Positions 9,736-20,820 of a stretch of 64,000 bases of DNA are shown piece after piece. The position numbers were made by a program, and so were the translations under genes. This stretch comes from Vitreimonas sp. GTDB lineage: Bacteria > Patescibacteriota > Microgenomatia > UBA1400 > PJMF01. The DNA lies in NCBI GenBank assembly GCA_035627515.1, contig DASPLQ010000012.1:650331-714330 (forward strand), written 5' to 3'. Position 1 is the stretch's first letter, and every line of letters starts with the position of its first letter. The notes below the pieces were generated by a model. It searched no databases. It was not told the origin of the DNA and saw nothing but the letters and a program-made list of their open reading frames with translations.

Positions 9736-10756
9736 AGAGCGCTGATGCAGTAGTAATTAGACCAGTTCCAAACACAGAGAGCAAGAGATATTCAACTTGA
9801 CTGCCTGTATTGGCTAAGGTGGAAGCACCTAAAACTTGACCTACACCACGACCATTGATACCGGTGCTAGCACCGAGGACACTACCACGACTGCGATCAG
9901 GGTCCAGGTGAACATCACCACACATTGGCATTGTTAATGACATCGATTGCGTGTTCCAACCTTCAGCACTAGCGGTAATGGTGCCATTACCGTTTTGATC
10001 AAAAGTAACTTTTGCACGACCATTTTCATTCGTATGAGCTTGTTTAGTAGAACCGTTATACACAAAAGTCACCAATACGTCTTTGACACCAGTACCATTG
10101 TCTTTGACATCCATCGCAGCGTCAAAAGTTTTTTGAGTACATTGCAAGTTATCATTACCTAAGCTGGTTTGACGACCCGACTCACTGGAGCCACCGCCTT
10201 TGCCTGACTCAGGAGGATTGGAAGGTGCCGGGTTGCTGGAGGCAGTAGGGCTGGCACTAGGGCTAGCTTCAGGTGAAGCACTAGGTTCCATTGAAGGACT
10301 AGGCTCTGGGGTAGCACTAGGTTCGAGGGTAGGACTTGGGTTAGGGGTGGCACTTGGTTCAGCAGTTGGACTAGGTTCTACGCTGGGAGTTGGGCTCGGA
10401 CTAGCACTTGCCTCAGGGTTACAAGTCTCACCATCATGAGGGATGTAATCATCTTCGTGGCCATTTAAAGGTGAGCCGTTTTCATCAAAGTGACCGGCAT
10501 TGCCGTTATCACCATATAAGGCTTCACAAGAGATATCGATCATGACATAAGGATTAACTTCATCAGATGAAGTAGCATGACAAATGACGATTTTTTTGTT
10601 GCCATTGGCTTGACACTCTTCTAAAGTAGGAATTGGTAAGTGATGAGCAAAGACAGGCAAAGCTTTGGTGACAAAAAAGAGTCCACCAATTAAAAGAGCT
10701 AAGCCGACATTAATTTGAGAAATAACAGCGTTTGAGGCAGCAGTGTTTTTTTGCAT
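9707..10756 (-). CDS. sortase-substrate surface protein with C-terminal LANTG sorting signal and PS/PT-rich linker
   Basis: Signal peptide after MQKNT, Cys-containing N-domain, long (P-S/T-P-E/A-P-S) linker and a beta-rich domain. C-terminus is LANTGSQVEYLLLSVFGTGLITTASALYGYFQTKQN, i.e. motif plus hydrophobic span plus polar tail. Start placed at ATG 10756. Confidence 0.7.
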   Translation of the reverse strand: MQKNTAASNAVISQINVGLALLIGGLFFVTKALPVFAHHLPIPTLEECQANGNKKIVICHATSSDEVNPYVMIDISCEALYGDNGNAGHFDENGSPLNGHEDDYIPHDGETCNPEASASPSPTPSVEPSPTAEPSATPNPSPTLEPSATPEPSPSMEPSASPEASPSASPTASSNPAPSNPPESGKGGGSSESGRQTSLGNDNLQCTQKTFDAAMDVKDNGTGVKDVLVTFVYNGSTKQAHTNENGRAKVTFDQNGNGTITASAEGWNTQSMSLTMPMCGDVHLDPDRSRGSVLGASTGINGRGVGQVLGASTLANTGSQVEYLLLSVFGTGLITTASALYGYFQTKQN

Positions 10757-10991
10757 GTTTTGTAAGAATTGAGTAATAAAAGTGTAATAAATTTGTGTGT
10801 CAGATAGTATCACAAACATTTAATTTGTGTCTATATGATCTATTATATATGTAATAGTTACACTTCTATATAGTCAATTTTGTAGGGGATTATAACAAAT
10901 AATATAGGACTTGTCAAGGCTAATGGTTTCGTATATCAGTCTATTTTCAACTCAAACTTTTGCTATTTTTATTTTCGGTTAAAATAGAGGC

Positions 10992-11573
10992 ATGTCCCGT
11001 CTGATCCTTGCTTCTCAGTCACCCCAGCGTCAACTCCTGATGAAAGCACTGGGAGTAGAGTTTATGGCAGTTCCGGCAGCAGTAGATGAAAAAAGCATTA
11101 CTGGCCCAACGCCGGCTGAGCGGGCTCAATTAATCGCCGAAGCTAAGGCGGAGAAAGTTAATCAGAGTTATCCTGAGGCTGTGATCGTGGCGGGCGATAC
11201 GTTTGTACATTTGAATGGCCACTCTCTAGAAAAGCCCACTTCACTTGCAGAAGCTCGAGAAATGTTAAGCACCCAATCTGGGCAGACGGTAGAAGTTGTC
11301 AGCGGTTTTTGTTATGTAGATCCTGATTTGCAGATTCATCACACGTCAGTAACTACTTTAAACACCACCTTTAGGCAGCTCAGCACACAAGAAATTGACC
11401 GCTATGTGACCACGCAACCAGTTACAACCTGGTCAGGAGCATTTTCAGTTGCATATCCGGAGGGGGGAGCTTTTTTTAGTCGCGTCGAGGGCTCATACAC
11501 GGCCTTTGTGTACGGTTTACCTGTGGAAGAGCTGGTGCCACTTTTGCAACGCTCAGGGTTATTACCTAAATAA
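10992..11573 (+). CDS. maf: Maf-like nucleoside triphosphate pyrophosphatase
   Basis: N-terminus LILASQSPQRQLLMKALGVEF plus a conserved GxGxD region typical of Maf/YhdE. Confidence 0.8.
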   Translation: MSRLILASQSPQRQLLMKALGVEFMAVPAAVDEKSITGPTPAERAQLIAEAKAEKVNQSYPEAVIVAGDTFVHLNGHSLEKPTSLAEAREMLSTQSGQTVEVVSGFCYVDPDLQIHHTSVTTLNTTFRQLSTQEIDRYVTTQPVTTWSGAFSVAYPEGGAFFSRVEGSYTAFVYGLPVEELVPLLQRSGLLPK

Positions 11574-12551
11574 ACGTTGTAACCACCCGCCACCACGCAC
11601 GGCAGTTTCTTGATCATCACCAGAAGGTGAGGCCACTTTAGGCTGGACCTCGCCTGTTTCACCATTCACTTCGTATTGCAGAATCGTGGGTTTGGGGGCC
11701 GGAGTTGCTGGTCGTTTCCAGAATTGGAGTCGACCAAATACGCCATTAGATCGTGATGAATTAGCTTGAGGAGGTTGGGGAGGGACAGGGACGATATACT
11801 TAACTGTTCCGTCTTCTTCGGTGACCACTTTCATTTCATCAGTTTTGATATTTTTTGGTAAGTTTTCTTGGTTTTTAATTTTTTCTAAGGCTTCTTCAGG
11901 GGTGACTTTTAAAACACCAGTTTTACCTTGAGCATTTTCTAAACGAATCCGTTCGGTGGCGTCTTCAGTTTTGGGTTTGATTTCAAGTTTGACATCCGGA
12001 TTATCCATGGTGGCTTTGGCTTCATCAGATTTAAACTCTATCACGGGCTTACCTTCGGGGTTGATGCCGGAGTTAATTTCCAACGGTTTAGGCCATGGCT
12101 CTGGTCGCTCACCTTGGCCATTTTTCTCGGCTTCCATCCGGCGGCGATACTCGGCTTCATTCATGCCTGGTTCAGTGGGTGACGGTACGGTCATTTGGAG
12201 ACGTTTGGTGCGGACCTCATCAGAAGGAGCCGGACTGGCTTTGAGCTCGAGCTGTTTTTTTCGCATCTCAATCACTGTTTCTTTGTTTTGAGCGTCGAGG
12301 CGAATGCGCATCTCATCGGCATTGGCAGGTTTAGGAGTCCTGGTCTGGACAGGCATGGGAGGCCGAATCATTTTCTGGTCGGTGATACCAGTATTAGCTC
12401 TGACTTCATCGCTTTCGCCCAACACATTGTCTTCTGTGATTTCGATTCGACCGGTGGGGAGAACATTAATTTCTAAGGCCAGCGTTTGGGGAGCAAAGGC
12501 TAAAAAGGTGAGGGTGAGTAACAAAGCAGTTACAGCGTGCGTAGTTTTCAT
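11562..12551 (-). CDS. secreted hypothetical protein
   Basis: Signal peptide MKTTHAVTALLLTLTFLAFAPQTLA. Charged, repetitive, Lys/Glu-rich body. Start placed at ATG 12551. Confidence 0.5.
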   Translation of the reverse strand: MKTTHAVTALLLTLTFLAFAPQTLALEINVLPTGRIEITEDNVLGESDEVRANTGITDQKMIRPPMPVQTRTPKPANADEMRIRLDAQNKETVIEMRKKQLELKASPAPSDEVRTKRLQMTVPSPTEPGMNEAEYRRRMEAEKNGQGERPEPWPKPLEINSGINPEGKPVIEFKSDEAKATMDNPDVKLEIKPKTEDATERIRLENAQGKTGVLKVTPEEALEKIKNQENLPKNIKTDEMKVVTEEDGTVKYIVPVPPQPPQANSSRSNGVFGRLQFWKRPATPAPKPTILQYEVNGETGEVQPKVASPSGDDQETAVRGGGWLQRLFR

Positions 12552-12609
12552 AAGTCTTCCTTGTGATAGATACATCATGACAAATCTGGTACTTAAAAAC
12601 AAGATCTAT

Positions 12610-12800
12610 TGACGGGGTCTATGCTACAATCAAAAGACCTTCAGGGCAGGGTGCAAGTCCCGATCGGTGGTAAAGCCCACGAGTCCCGAGCTCCGCTCGC
12701 GACATGATTCGGTGAGTCCCGCGCTTAGCGCAGGATAACTCCGAAGCCGGCAGTACAGTCTGAATGAAAGAAGGCACACGTAACTCACAGGTTGAGTTAG
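12610..12800 (+). promoter_or_regulatory. candidate structured 5' leader / cis-regulatory RNA upstream of EamA transporter
   Basis: About 190-nt GC-rich leader. Three copies of GAGTCCCG at 12656, 12682 and 12715. Several short hairpins (GTGG-TAAAGC-CCAC, GCGCT-TAGCGC, CCGATCGG). Ends in gctgtttttt immediately before the transporter gene. Class not identified. Confidence 0.2.
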
Positions 12801-12854
12801 GTGCTGTTTTTTATTCCCTCAAGGTTGGTAAAAAGTAATGTGTTAAGGATCTTT

Positions 12855-13787
12855 ATGATGAAGAGTCTGAAGTTTCAGGGCCCTGTATTAATTGTGATAG
12901 CCGCTATTTTGTGGGCACTTGATGGTGTGGTGCGCCGAAGTTTATTTACGTTGCCTCCCATTACGATTGTGTTTTTAGAACATTTGATTGGCACTGCCTT
13001 GTTACTTCCTTTGATCGCTAAAGAATTTTTGGCCCAAAAATTTACGTCTCGGATTATTGGTTTAGCAATTGCGGTGTCCCTATTAAGTAGTTTGCTAGGA
13101 ACCTTATGGTTTACCACGGCATTAGCCAAGGTTAACTTTATTTCCTTCAGCGTGGTGTTCTTATTGCAAAAGTTACAACCTATTTTTGTGATTTTATCTG
13201 CCACCTTATTACTGAAAGAAAAAATTACACCTAAATATCTGCAATGGGCAGCGTTGGCTTTTGTTGCCGCTTATTTTGTGACGTTCAAAAATGGGTATGT
13301 CAGTTTTGCGACCGGCAACCAAACCGTAATCGCGGCAGGATATGCCTTGGCAGCTGCCGCAGCCTGGGGTATTGGAACTACTTTGTCTAAGTTATTGATG
13401 AGAGAAGTTTCAAGTAATGTGGCCACTGGGTTGCGTTTTATAGGCGCAACAATCTTTGGTCTGCTTGGTGTGATGGTGATGGGGCAATCGGGTAGTTTGA
13501 GTATGGTGGAACCTTCACAATGGGCGCGCTTGGTTTTTATTGCTCTTTCAACTGGGATGGTGGCCTTGTGGATTTATTACCGTGGTCTGCAAAAAACAGA
13601 AGCCAAGATTGCAACTTTGTTGGAACTGGTTTTTCCATTACTAGCAGTTTTTATCGATGCTGTCATTTATAAAAGCTTTTTAGCTCCCAGCCAATATTTA
13701 GCGGCAGTGGTCCTGATGTTTGCACTCTATCAGATTGCTTTACTGCAAAAGCCCGAAAAGGTTGCTTCTCAAGCGAACGAATCTTGA
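12855..13787 (+). CDS. EamA/DMT-family drug/metabolite transporter
   Basis: About 10 predicted TM helices in two homologous halves, typical EamA architecture. Start placed at ATG 12855. Confidence 0.7.
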   Translation: MMKSLKFQGPVLIVIAAILWALDGVVRRSLFTLPPITIVFLEHLIGTALLLPLIAKEFLAQKFTSRIIGLAIAVSLLSSLLGTLWFTTALAKVNFISFSVVFLLQKLQPIFVILSATLLLKEKITPKYLQWAALAFVAAYFVTFKNGYVSFATGNQTVIAAGYALAAAAAWGIGTTLSKLLMREVSSNVATGLRFIGATIFGLLGVMVMGQSGSLSMVEPSQWARLVFIALSTGMVALWIYYRGLQKTEAKIATLLELVFPLLAVFIDAVIYKSFLAPSQYLAAVVLMFALYQIALLQKPEKVASQANES

Positions 13788-13889
13788 TATAATGATGGCT
13801 CGGTTCGGCAGGTATTACCTGTCTAACCAATGCCTGGAAGCGTCGCCCCGCGGGGCGGGACTTCTTAGACGATTAATAACTGGAATCAA

Positions 13890-13979
13890 GGAAGCGTCGC
13901 ATAGTGGCCCAGTGCAACAGGTTGCTAACCTGTACCACAGAAATGTGGTTCGTGGGTTCGAATCCCACCGCTTCCGCCA
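13890..13979 (+). tRNA. tRNA-Ser (anticodon GCT), type II
   Basis: GGAAGCG acceptor stem, anticodon arm ACAGG-TTGCTAA-CCTGT, long variable arm, T-loop GGTTCGAATCC, discriminator G and encoded CCA. Confidence 0.85.
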
Positions 13980-14029
13980 CAATCGACAATCGAGCGTAGC
14001 TCGAATTGGCGAGTGTGGTGGGATATGCT
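13980..14029 (+). repeat. 50-nt tRNA 3' trailer, copy 1 (second copy at 55741-55790)
   Basis: CAATCGACAATCGAGCGTAGCTCGAATTGGCGAGTGTGGTGGGATATGC matches 55741-55790 with 2 mismatches. Contains the hairpin CGAGC-GTA-GCTCG. Confidence 0.6.
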
Positions 14030-14782
14030 ATGAAACACCTCGTCCTTGTTGCTGATGACTTTGGTTTAACTCCGGGAATTAATCGCGGGTGTATAGCCGC
14101 TATCCAAACAGGAATTTTAACTGAGTTGTCATTAATGATGGATTCGCCTGCAACTGCTGAAGGTGTCAAAGCAGTCTTGGATAATAATATTCATGGTCTA
14201 GGTATTCATATTACGCTTCATGACATTGTAGGCACGGGCAGGTATTTGAAAACTGATGACTATAAGCAATTGTTAGCAGAAGCTCCAGCAGCGACGTTAG
14301 CTAATCGAGTTCGAGTCGAATTGCAAAAATTTGAAGAGCTAACGGGGAGAATTCCCACTCACATCAATGGTCATAAGAACTGCCATCTACATCCTAAAGT
14401 TATTGACGTAGTTAATGAGTATGCATTGCAACACGATATTTTTGTGAGACCTTTGATTGCTTTCTCAGATGGCAATAGCGCTGGGCAAGACATGAATGAT
14501 GTTTTGCTACAGCGAGGTGTTAAGTTGACTGATTACATTTTTGAACATATAGTTGGTAGTTTTGATGAAGCTCAGCAAGGTTTTGTAGAAGACTTCACAA
14601 TGGTTGCAGATAATACAGTCACCGAATTTTTCTTTCACCCTGCTTATGTTGATGATTTATTACGACAATTCTCATCCCTGGTTGGTGACCGTGAACGTGA
14701 CGTAAAGTTACTCACTGATAGTGAGTTTAAAAACCAGCTTGAAACTCAAGGAGCAATGATTTCAGGATTTGGAGATATTTAA
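14030..14782 (+). CDS. YdjC/ChbG-family carbohydrate deacetylase
   Basis: N-terminus MKHLVLVADDFGLTPGINRGCIAA is the hallmark of YdjC-like (PF04794) proteins. Start placed at ATG 14030, at the end of the tRNA trailer repeat. Confidence 0.7.
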   Translation: MKHLVLVADDFGLTPGINRGCIAAIQTGILTELSLMMDSPATAEGVKAVLDNNIHGLGIHITLHDIVGTGRYLKTDDYKQLLAEAPAATLANRVRVELQKFEELTGRIPTHINGHKNCHLHPKVIDVVNEYALQHDIFVRPLIAFSDGNSAGQDMNDVLLQRGVKLTDYIFEHIVGSFDEAQQGFVEDFTMVADNTVTEFFFHPAYVDDLLRQFSSLVGDRERDVKLLTDSEFKNQLETQGAMISGFGDI

Positions 14783-16026
14783 TACACCAACGGCCCGGTT
14801 TCTACTGCCTCAAAGGCACTGCCGGGGATTGATTTCAACTGCTCCAATTCTTCATCGTTCCAGTTGGGATGTTGCTGACCACTGATATACCAATCACTGC
14901 CGTTGTCTGCCAGGATCATGCCATATTTTTTCAGCGCGGTAGCAATAACGCGAGCTTGGCCAGTTAAGTTGTTGATGTTGTAATCAGCTTTGAGCCGAAC
15001 TCTGAGGCCCATGGGTGGCAAGTTGGCATTGGTACTGCTGGATGCAAAATGAGTGGCGGGGTGAATAAAGGCTCGTTGTGAATTATTGACAGTAAAGCGA
15101 ATGGCGTGCTTAATTTCTCCCTGTGCGACTTCATCGTACCGGACGAGTCCAGGCAAGATCGGCAGCCCTGCCGCATCAGCTGACGTCCAGTATTGTGGAC
15201 GCAAGGCATTACTACTTAAATCAAAAATGGCGCCTGAGTCAGCATTCCAACTACTTGATTGAGGAAAGGCACGATAGAGCTCATACAATCGGCAGCTTTC
15301 AGTATTGAGGGCAATCACGTGACGGTCACCATCTGAGCTATTTCCACCCTCAATCGGGGCAGTGAGGGGAATAGGATACGGGCCTGGATCACTTTCGTCA
15401 CCATAAGCAGTAAAGTTAATGGGCGTCAAAGCTTGAGAGTTAGTGACGGTGATAAACGGAATGCCATAGGTTTCACCCCAGGTGGCGCCGCCAAAATCGG
15501 GATGAAGTTCTTCATTCGCTCCGATACTGGCAATGTAGCTAGCCGAGTTAGCATGGACAGGGTAACTGGAAATATCGGTGTTCCACGGATTGTTTGCTGG
15601 GAATATTTGGCAACCATTAATACTGGGTGCACCGGAAATAGGTGTCGCACTCGGGCTGGGGCTGGGAATTGGGGTGGGAGATGGTGAAGCTGATGGAGAG
15701 GGTTGTGGTGAGATTGAAGGTGAGGGCGAGGCAGCTGGGCTAGGAGTCGGCGCAGCTACACAGTCTTGTCCTAAAAATAAGAGAAACCATGAATAATCAG
15801 TTAAGTTCGTTTTACCGTCATGATTAATATCGGCTTGGGTATGGGTAGCGCTACTCAACGGAAAACTGTTGAGGAAAATAGTGTAATCAGGAAGATTAAC
15901 CTGGTGGTCTTGATTAAAGTCAGCATCGCAGGCAGTAGGGACTGCTTGAGCCTTTACCCCGACTGGTAGAAGCACATACATGAGTGTTACGATGAGCACT
16001 AAGCTAAGGATAAGATTCTTTTTCAT
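14779..16026 (-). CDS. secreted protein with N-terminal dockerin-like Ca-binding repeats, PS-linker and uncharacterised catalytic-like domain
   Basis: Signal peptide. CDADFNQDHQVNLPDYTIFLNSF...ADINHDGKTNLTDYSWFLLF is a duplicated dockerin type-I-like motif. Then SPSPSASPSPTPIPSPSPSATP linker. C-terminal domain (GMILADNGSDWYISG) not assigned. Confidence 0.6.
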   Translation of the reverse strand: MKKNLILSLVLIVTLMYVLLPVGVKAQAVPTACDADFNQDHQVNLPDYTIFLNSFPLSSATHTQADINHDGKTNLTDYSWFLLFLGQDCVAAPTPSPAASPSPSISPQPSPSASPSPTPIPSPSPSATPISGAPSINGCQIFPANNPWNTDISSYPVHANSASYIASIGANEELHPDFGGATWGETYGIPFITVTNSQALTPINFTAYGDESDPGPYPIPLTAPIEGGNSSDGDRHVIALNTESCRLYELYRAFPQSSSWNADSGAIFDLSSNALRPQYWTSADAAGLPILPGLVRYDEVAQGEIKHAIRFTVNNSQRAFIHPATHFASSSTNANLPPMGLRVRLKADYNINNLTGQARVIATALKKYGMILADNGSDWYISGQQHPNWNDEELEQLKSIPGSAFEAVETGPLVY

Positions 16027-16048
16027 GCGTTTGTGATTTCAATGTTGA

Positions 16049-18493
<2,445 letters not shown>

Positions 18494-18509
<16 letters not shown>

Positions 18510-19942
18510 CTCTCTTGGACTTGTCGCAAGTTTTTAATAAATGTTTCAAAGTTATCCGCGCTAGTAGCTAAAATTTTAATTTGAGAGTGAAACGTTTTGT
18601 TAGTGGCATAGAGATGTTTAACAGTCTCGATTTTTTCTCCCGACCAATCACTTGACCATAGTAAACCTGCTAACACCATCGCCAAAGGGCGATCAATTAC
18701 TTCCGGATAAAGTTGATCTAAGGTGCTTTCCAATCTCAGACCACGGTCCAAAATTTCTTTCAGATGACCTGAGAGTTCAGCTCCAAACCGCAAAAAGCCT
18801 TGGGCCTTTTGATACTCACCCACCAATTCCAGTAATTTATTGCTTAATTCATGTTGCAATGGAGTTTGTGTTTGACGGCCGACACGAGTCACTGAGAGGA
18901 GTAAGTTGAGCGCCGGCTTACGGCCAGCTAAAAATAAATCTAAATCAAAGAACAGGTGCCCATCAGTCATCGACATTAAATTAGTTTGAATATAACCTGC
19001 CAAATCACCCTCATTGGTTTCGGCAATTGGGAGACAGGTAATTGAGACGTGATGATCATTAATCATAAAACTGCCGGCACGTTCCATCAGCCGGGAGTGA
19101 ATAAAAAACACATCGCCGGGATAGGCTTCTTTACCCGGAAATTCTTGAGCGAGTAAGGCGATTTCGCGATAGTATTCAGCATGGGCGCTCATGTTATCAA
19201 AAATGACCAATACATCATGACCTTGATCGCGGAAGTACTCAGCCAAAGTCATGGCTGTGTAGGGTGTCAGAAAAATACTGCCTGGACTATCACCGAGGTC
19301 ACTGGTTACAAACACACATTGGTCAGCGACGCCAGCTTTTTCTACTAACTGTCGCGCTGCCGAGATAGCAGAAGGTTTGCGGGCAATGCCGGCATAAATA
19401 CAGATGCTGCCCTGATGAGCTTGAGTGAGCATGGTTTGGAGTACAAACTGTGATTTACCCGTTTTTTTATCACCAATTACTAGCTCACGCTGTCCTTTTG
19501 CCAGTGGAATCATCAAGTCCACCAGCGCGACGCCAGTATCTAGACTTTGCCGAGACGTAGCCCGACTTTCTAAACTGAGTGGCTCGGCTTCTACTACGCG
19601 CCACTCGCCATCAGTGTGATACGGAGGTCCATGATGATGTAGTAACCGTCCTAGACTATCAATATTTTTACCCAACAGGTGATCACTGACAAAAACTTTC
19701 AAACCTTCACCGGTGCGAGCCACCATCATGCCGGGTTTGACTTCTAGTTCACTGCCCAGCAACATGATTTTGACTTCATGTTCGCCCACACTTAGTACTC
19801 GCCCATGAATGTCATTTTCTAAGACGACAATTTCGCCAACTTTGATACCTGGTAAATCACTCACCCATACCAAACCTGAGACCATCTTGGTGATGTAGCC
19901 AATTTCGCTGAGTTGTTCACGGTAGGATTGAAAATGATTCAT
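18494..19942 (-). CDS. atpA: F-type ATP synthase alpha subunit
   Basis: AKGQRELVIGDKKTGKS P-loop. Colinear with canonical alpha throughout. Confidence 0.95.
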
Positions 19943-19945
19943 AGA

Positions 19946-20710
19946 TTAAATGACTAATAACAAATAAGCTAAGCCTAAGCCCACGGCCATTACGCCTAGG
20001 GTAATTAAGACGTTTAATAAAATACCGATTTGAATAGTCCTCCCGGCCAAAGGGTTACGACCAATGGCTTGGACGCCAGTGTGTGCCACCCGAGCAAAAA
20101 ACCAAAAACCAAGAATGACTGAGCTGACTGTTAATAAGGTGGCAAGCGTGTAGCGTAAGGCTAAAACGGGAGATAAGTAAGTAGCATCAATACCTTCTTT
20201 GATGAGTTGAATTAAGTTGGCGCCCGCCCGGGCTGTCATGATAGCCGGTTTGGGTTGGACAGAAACAGGAATTAAACCAATTTTATTGGGATCACTCTCG
20301 TGCCAATCAGCTTGAGCAATGCCCAGGGCGTAACCACTCCGGGTGGCTTTTTGTCCCACTCCGTGGGTGGCAGAAGCTGCGACATACTCGCCTTTGTTGA
20401 TCGGGCCATTCATACTGGAGACCCGAACCCGGGCTATGCCTTGCGTGATAGCAGGTTTGAGGGTAGCGCTCCCAGTACTGAGAAAACCAACATCGGGGTC
20501 AAGCACGACTACGCCATAGGTTTGAGGGCTGTATTCTTGGGAGCACAGGATGAAACCTTGATCACTTTCACAAATCACACTGCCATCTTCCACATTTTCA
20601 CCGGCGATAGAAATAGAAGTAGCAACACCACTCAAAGTGAGAGCGTGCGCAGAAGTTGCAGCCAGCAAAAAAACAAACCACGCAAAACAAATCCCCGGTA
20701 ATTTGGTCAT
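19946..20710 (-). CDS. secreted/membrane-anchored hypothetical protein occupying the atpH position; C-terminal helical hairpin weakly c-subunit-like
   Basis: Signal peptide, beta-rich domain of about 170 aa, then two TM helices joined by a GRNPLAG loop (compare c-subunit RQPE loop) and helix 2 IGILLNVLITLGVMAVGLGL. No ion-binding Glu/Asp. Stops 3 nt before the atpA start. Confidence 0.4.
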   Translation of the reverse strand: MTKLPGICFAWFVFLLAATSAHALTLSGVATSISIAGENVEDGSVICESDQGFILCSQEYSPQTYGVVVLDPDVGFLSTGSATLKPAITQGIARVRVSSMNGPINKGEYVAASATHGVGQKATRSGYALGIAQADWHESDPNKIGLIPVSVQPKPAIMTARAGANLIQLIKEGIDATYLSPVLALRYTLATLLTVSSVILGFWFFARVAHTGVQAIGRNPLAGRTIQIGILLNVLITLGVMAVGLGLAYLLLVI

Positions 20711-20820
20711 TACTCAATAATAGAGGATGAAGATGGCTCTAAACAATATGTAAACTCGATATGTTCGCCTTTTCTTTGTCTCGTCGTAAGTGTAAGAAAT
20801 CTGTAAGATGTGTACCAGGC

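Noticed and set aside
10200-10439. Gly/Leu/Ala-rich 60-93 aa plus-strand ORFs here and at 15578-15796, 45518-45775 and 54449-54691
   Set aside because: They lie exactly antisense to the Pro/Ser/Thr-linker-coding segments of real minus-strand genes. Low-complexity mirror ORFs are artefacts.
11402-12612. Several plus- and minus-strand ORFs (11402-11665, 11956-12291, 12195-12476, 12304-12612) inside 11562-12551
   Set aside because: Nested in alternative frames of a gene with a clear signal peptide. No motifs. Treated as noise.
12610-12800. Assigning the leader to a specific riboswitch class (cobalamin, guanidine-I, c-di-GMP)
   Set aside because: Only fragmentary resemblance (GGTGCAAGTCC, GAGTCCCGAG). 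Key conserved boxes such as the B12 box GCCACTG or the guanidine-I GGTCCGAGAG...ACGG are absent or imperfect.
13873-14169. ORFs spanning tRNA genes (13873-14169, 55664-55873, 1905-2195), two of them sharing the peptide LANSSYARLSIVAEAVGFEPT
   Set aside because: The shared peptide is just the antisense translation of the duplicated tRNA-Ser 3' half. These are not protein genes.
19946-20710. Calling the 254-aa protein an ATP synthase c or delta subunit
   Set aside because: Only a loose hairpin resemblance (RNP loop versus RQP). There is no GxGxGxG helix-1 motif and no conserved Glu/Asp in helix 2. The N-terminal 170 aa is secreted and beta-rich, unlike OSCP. It is kept as a hypothetical protein and flagged as a finding rather than annotated.
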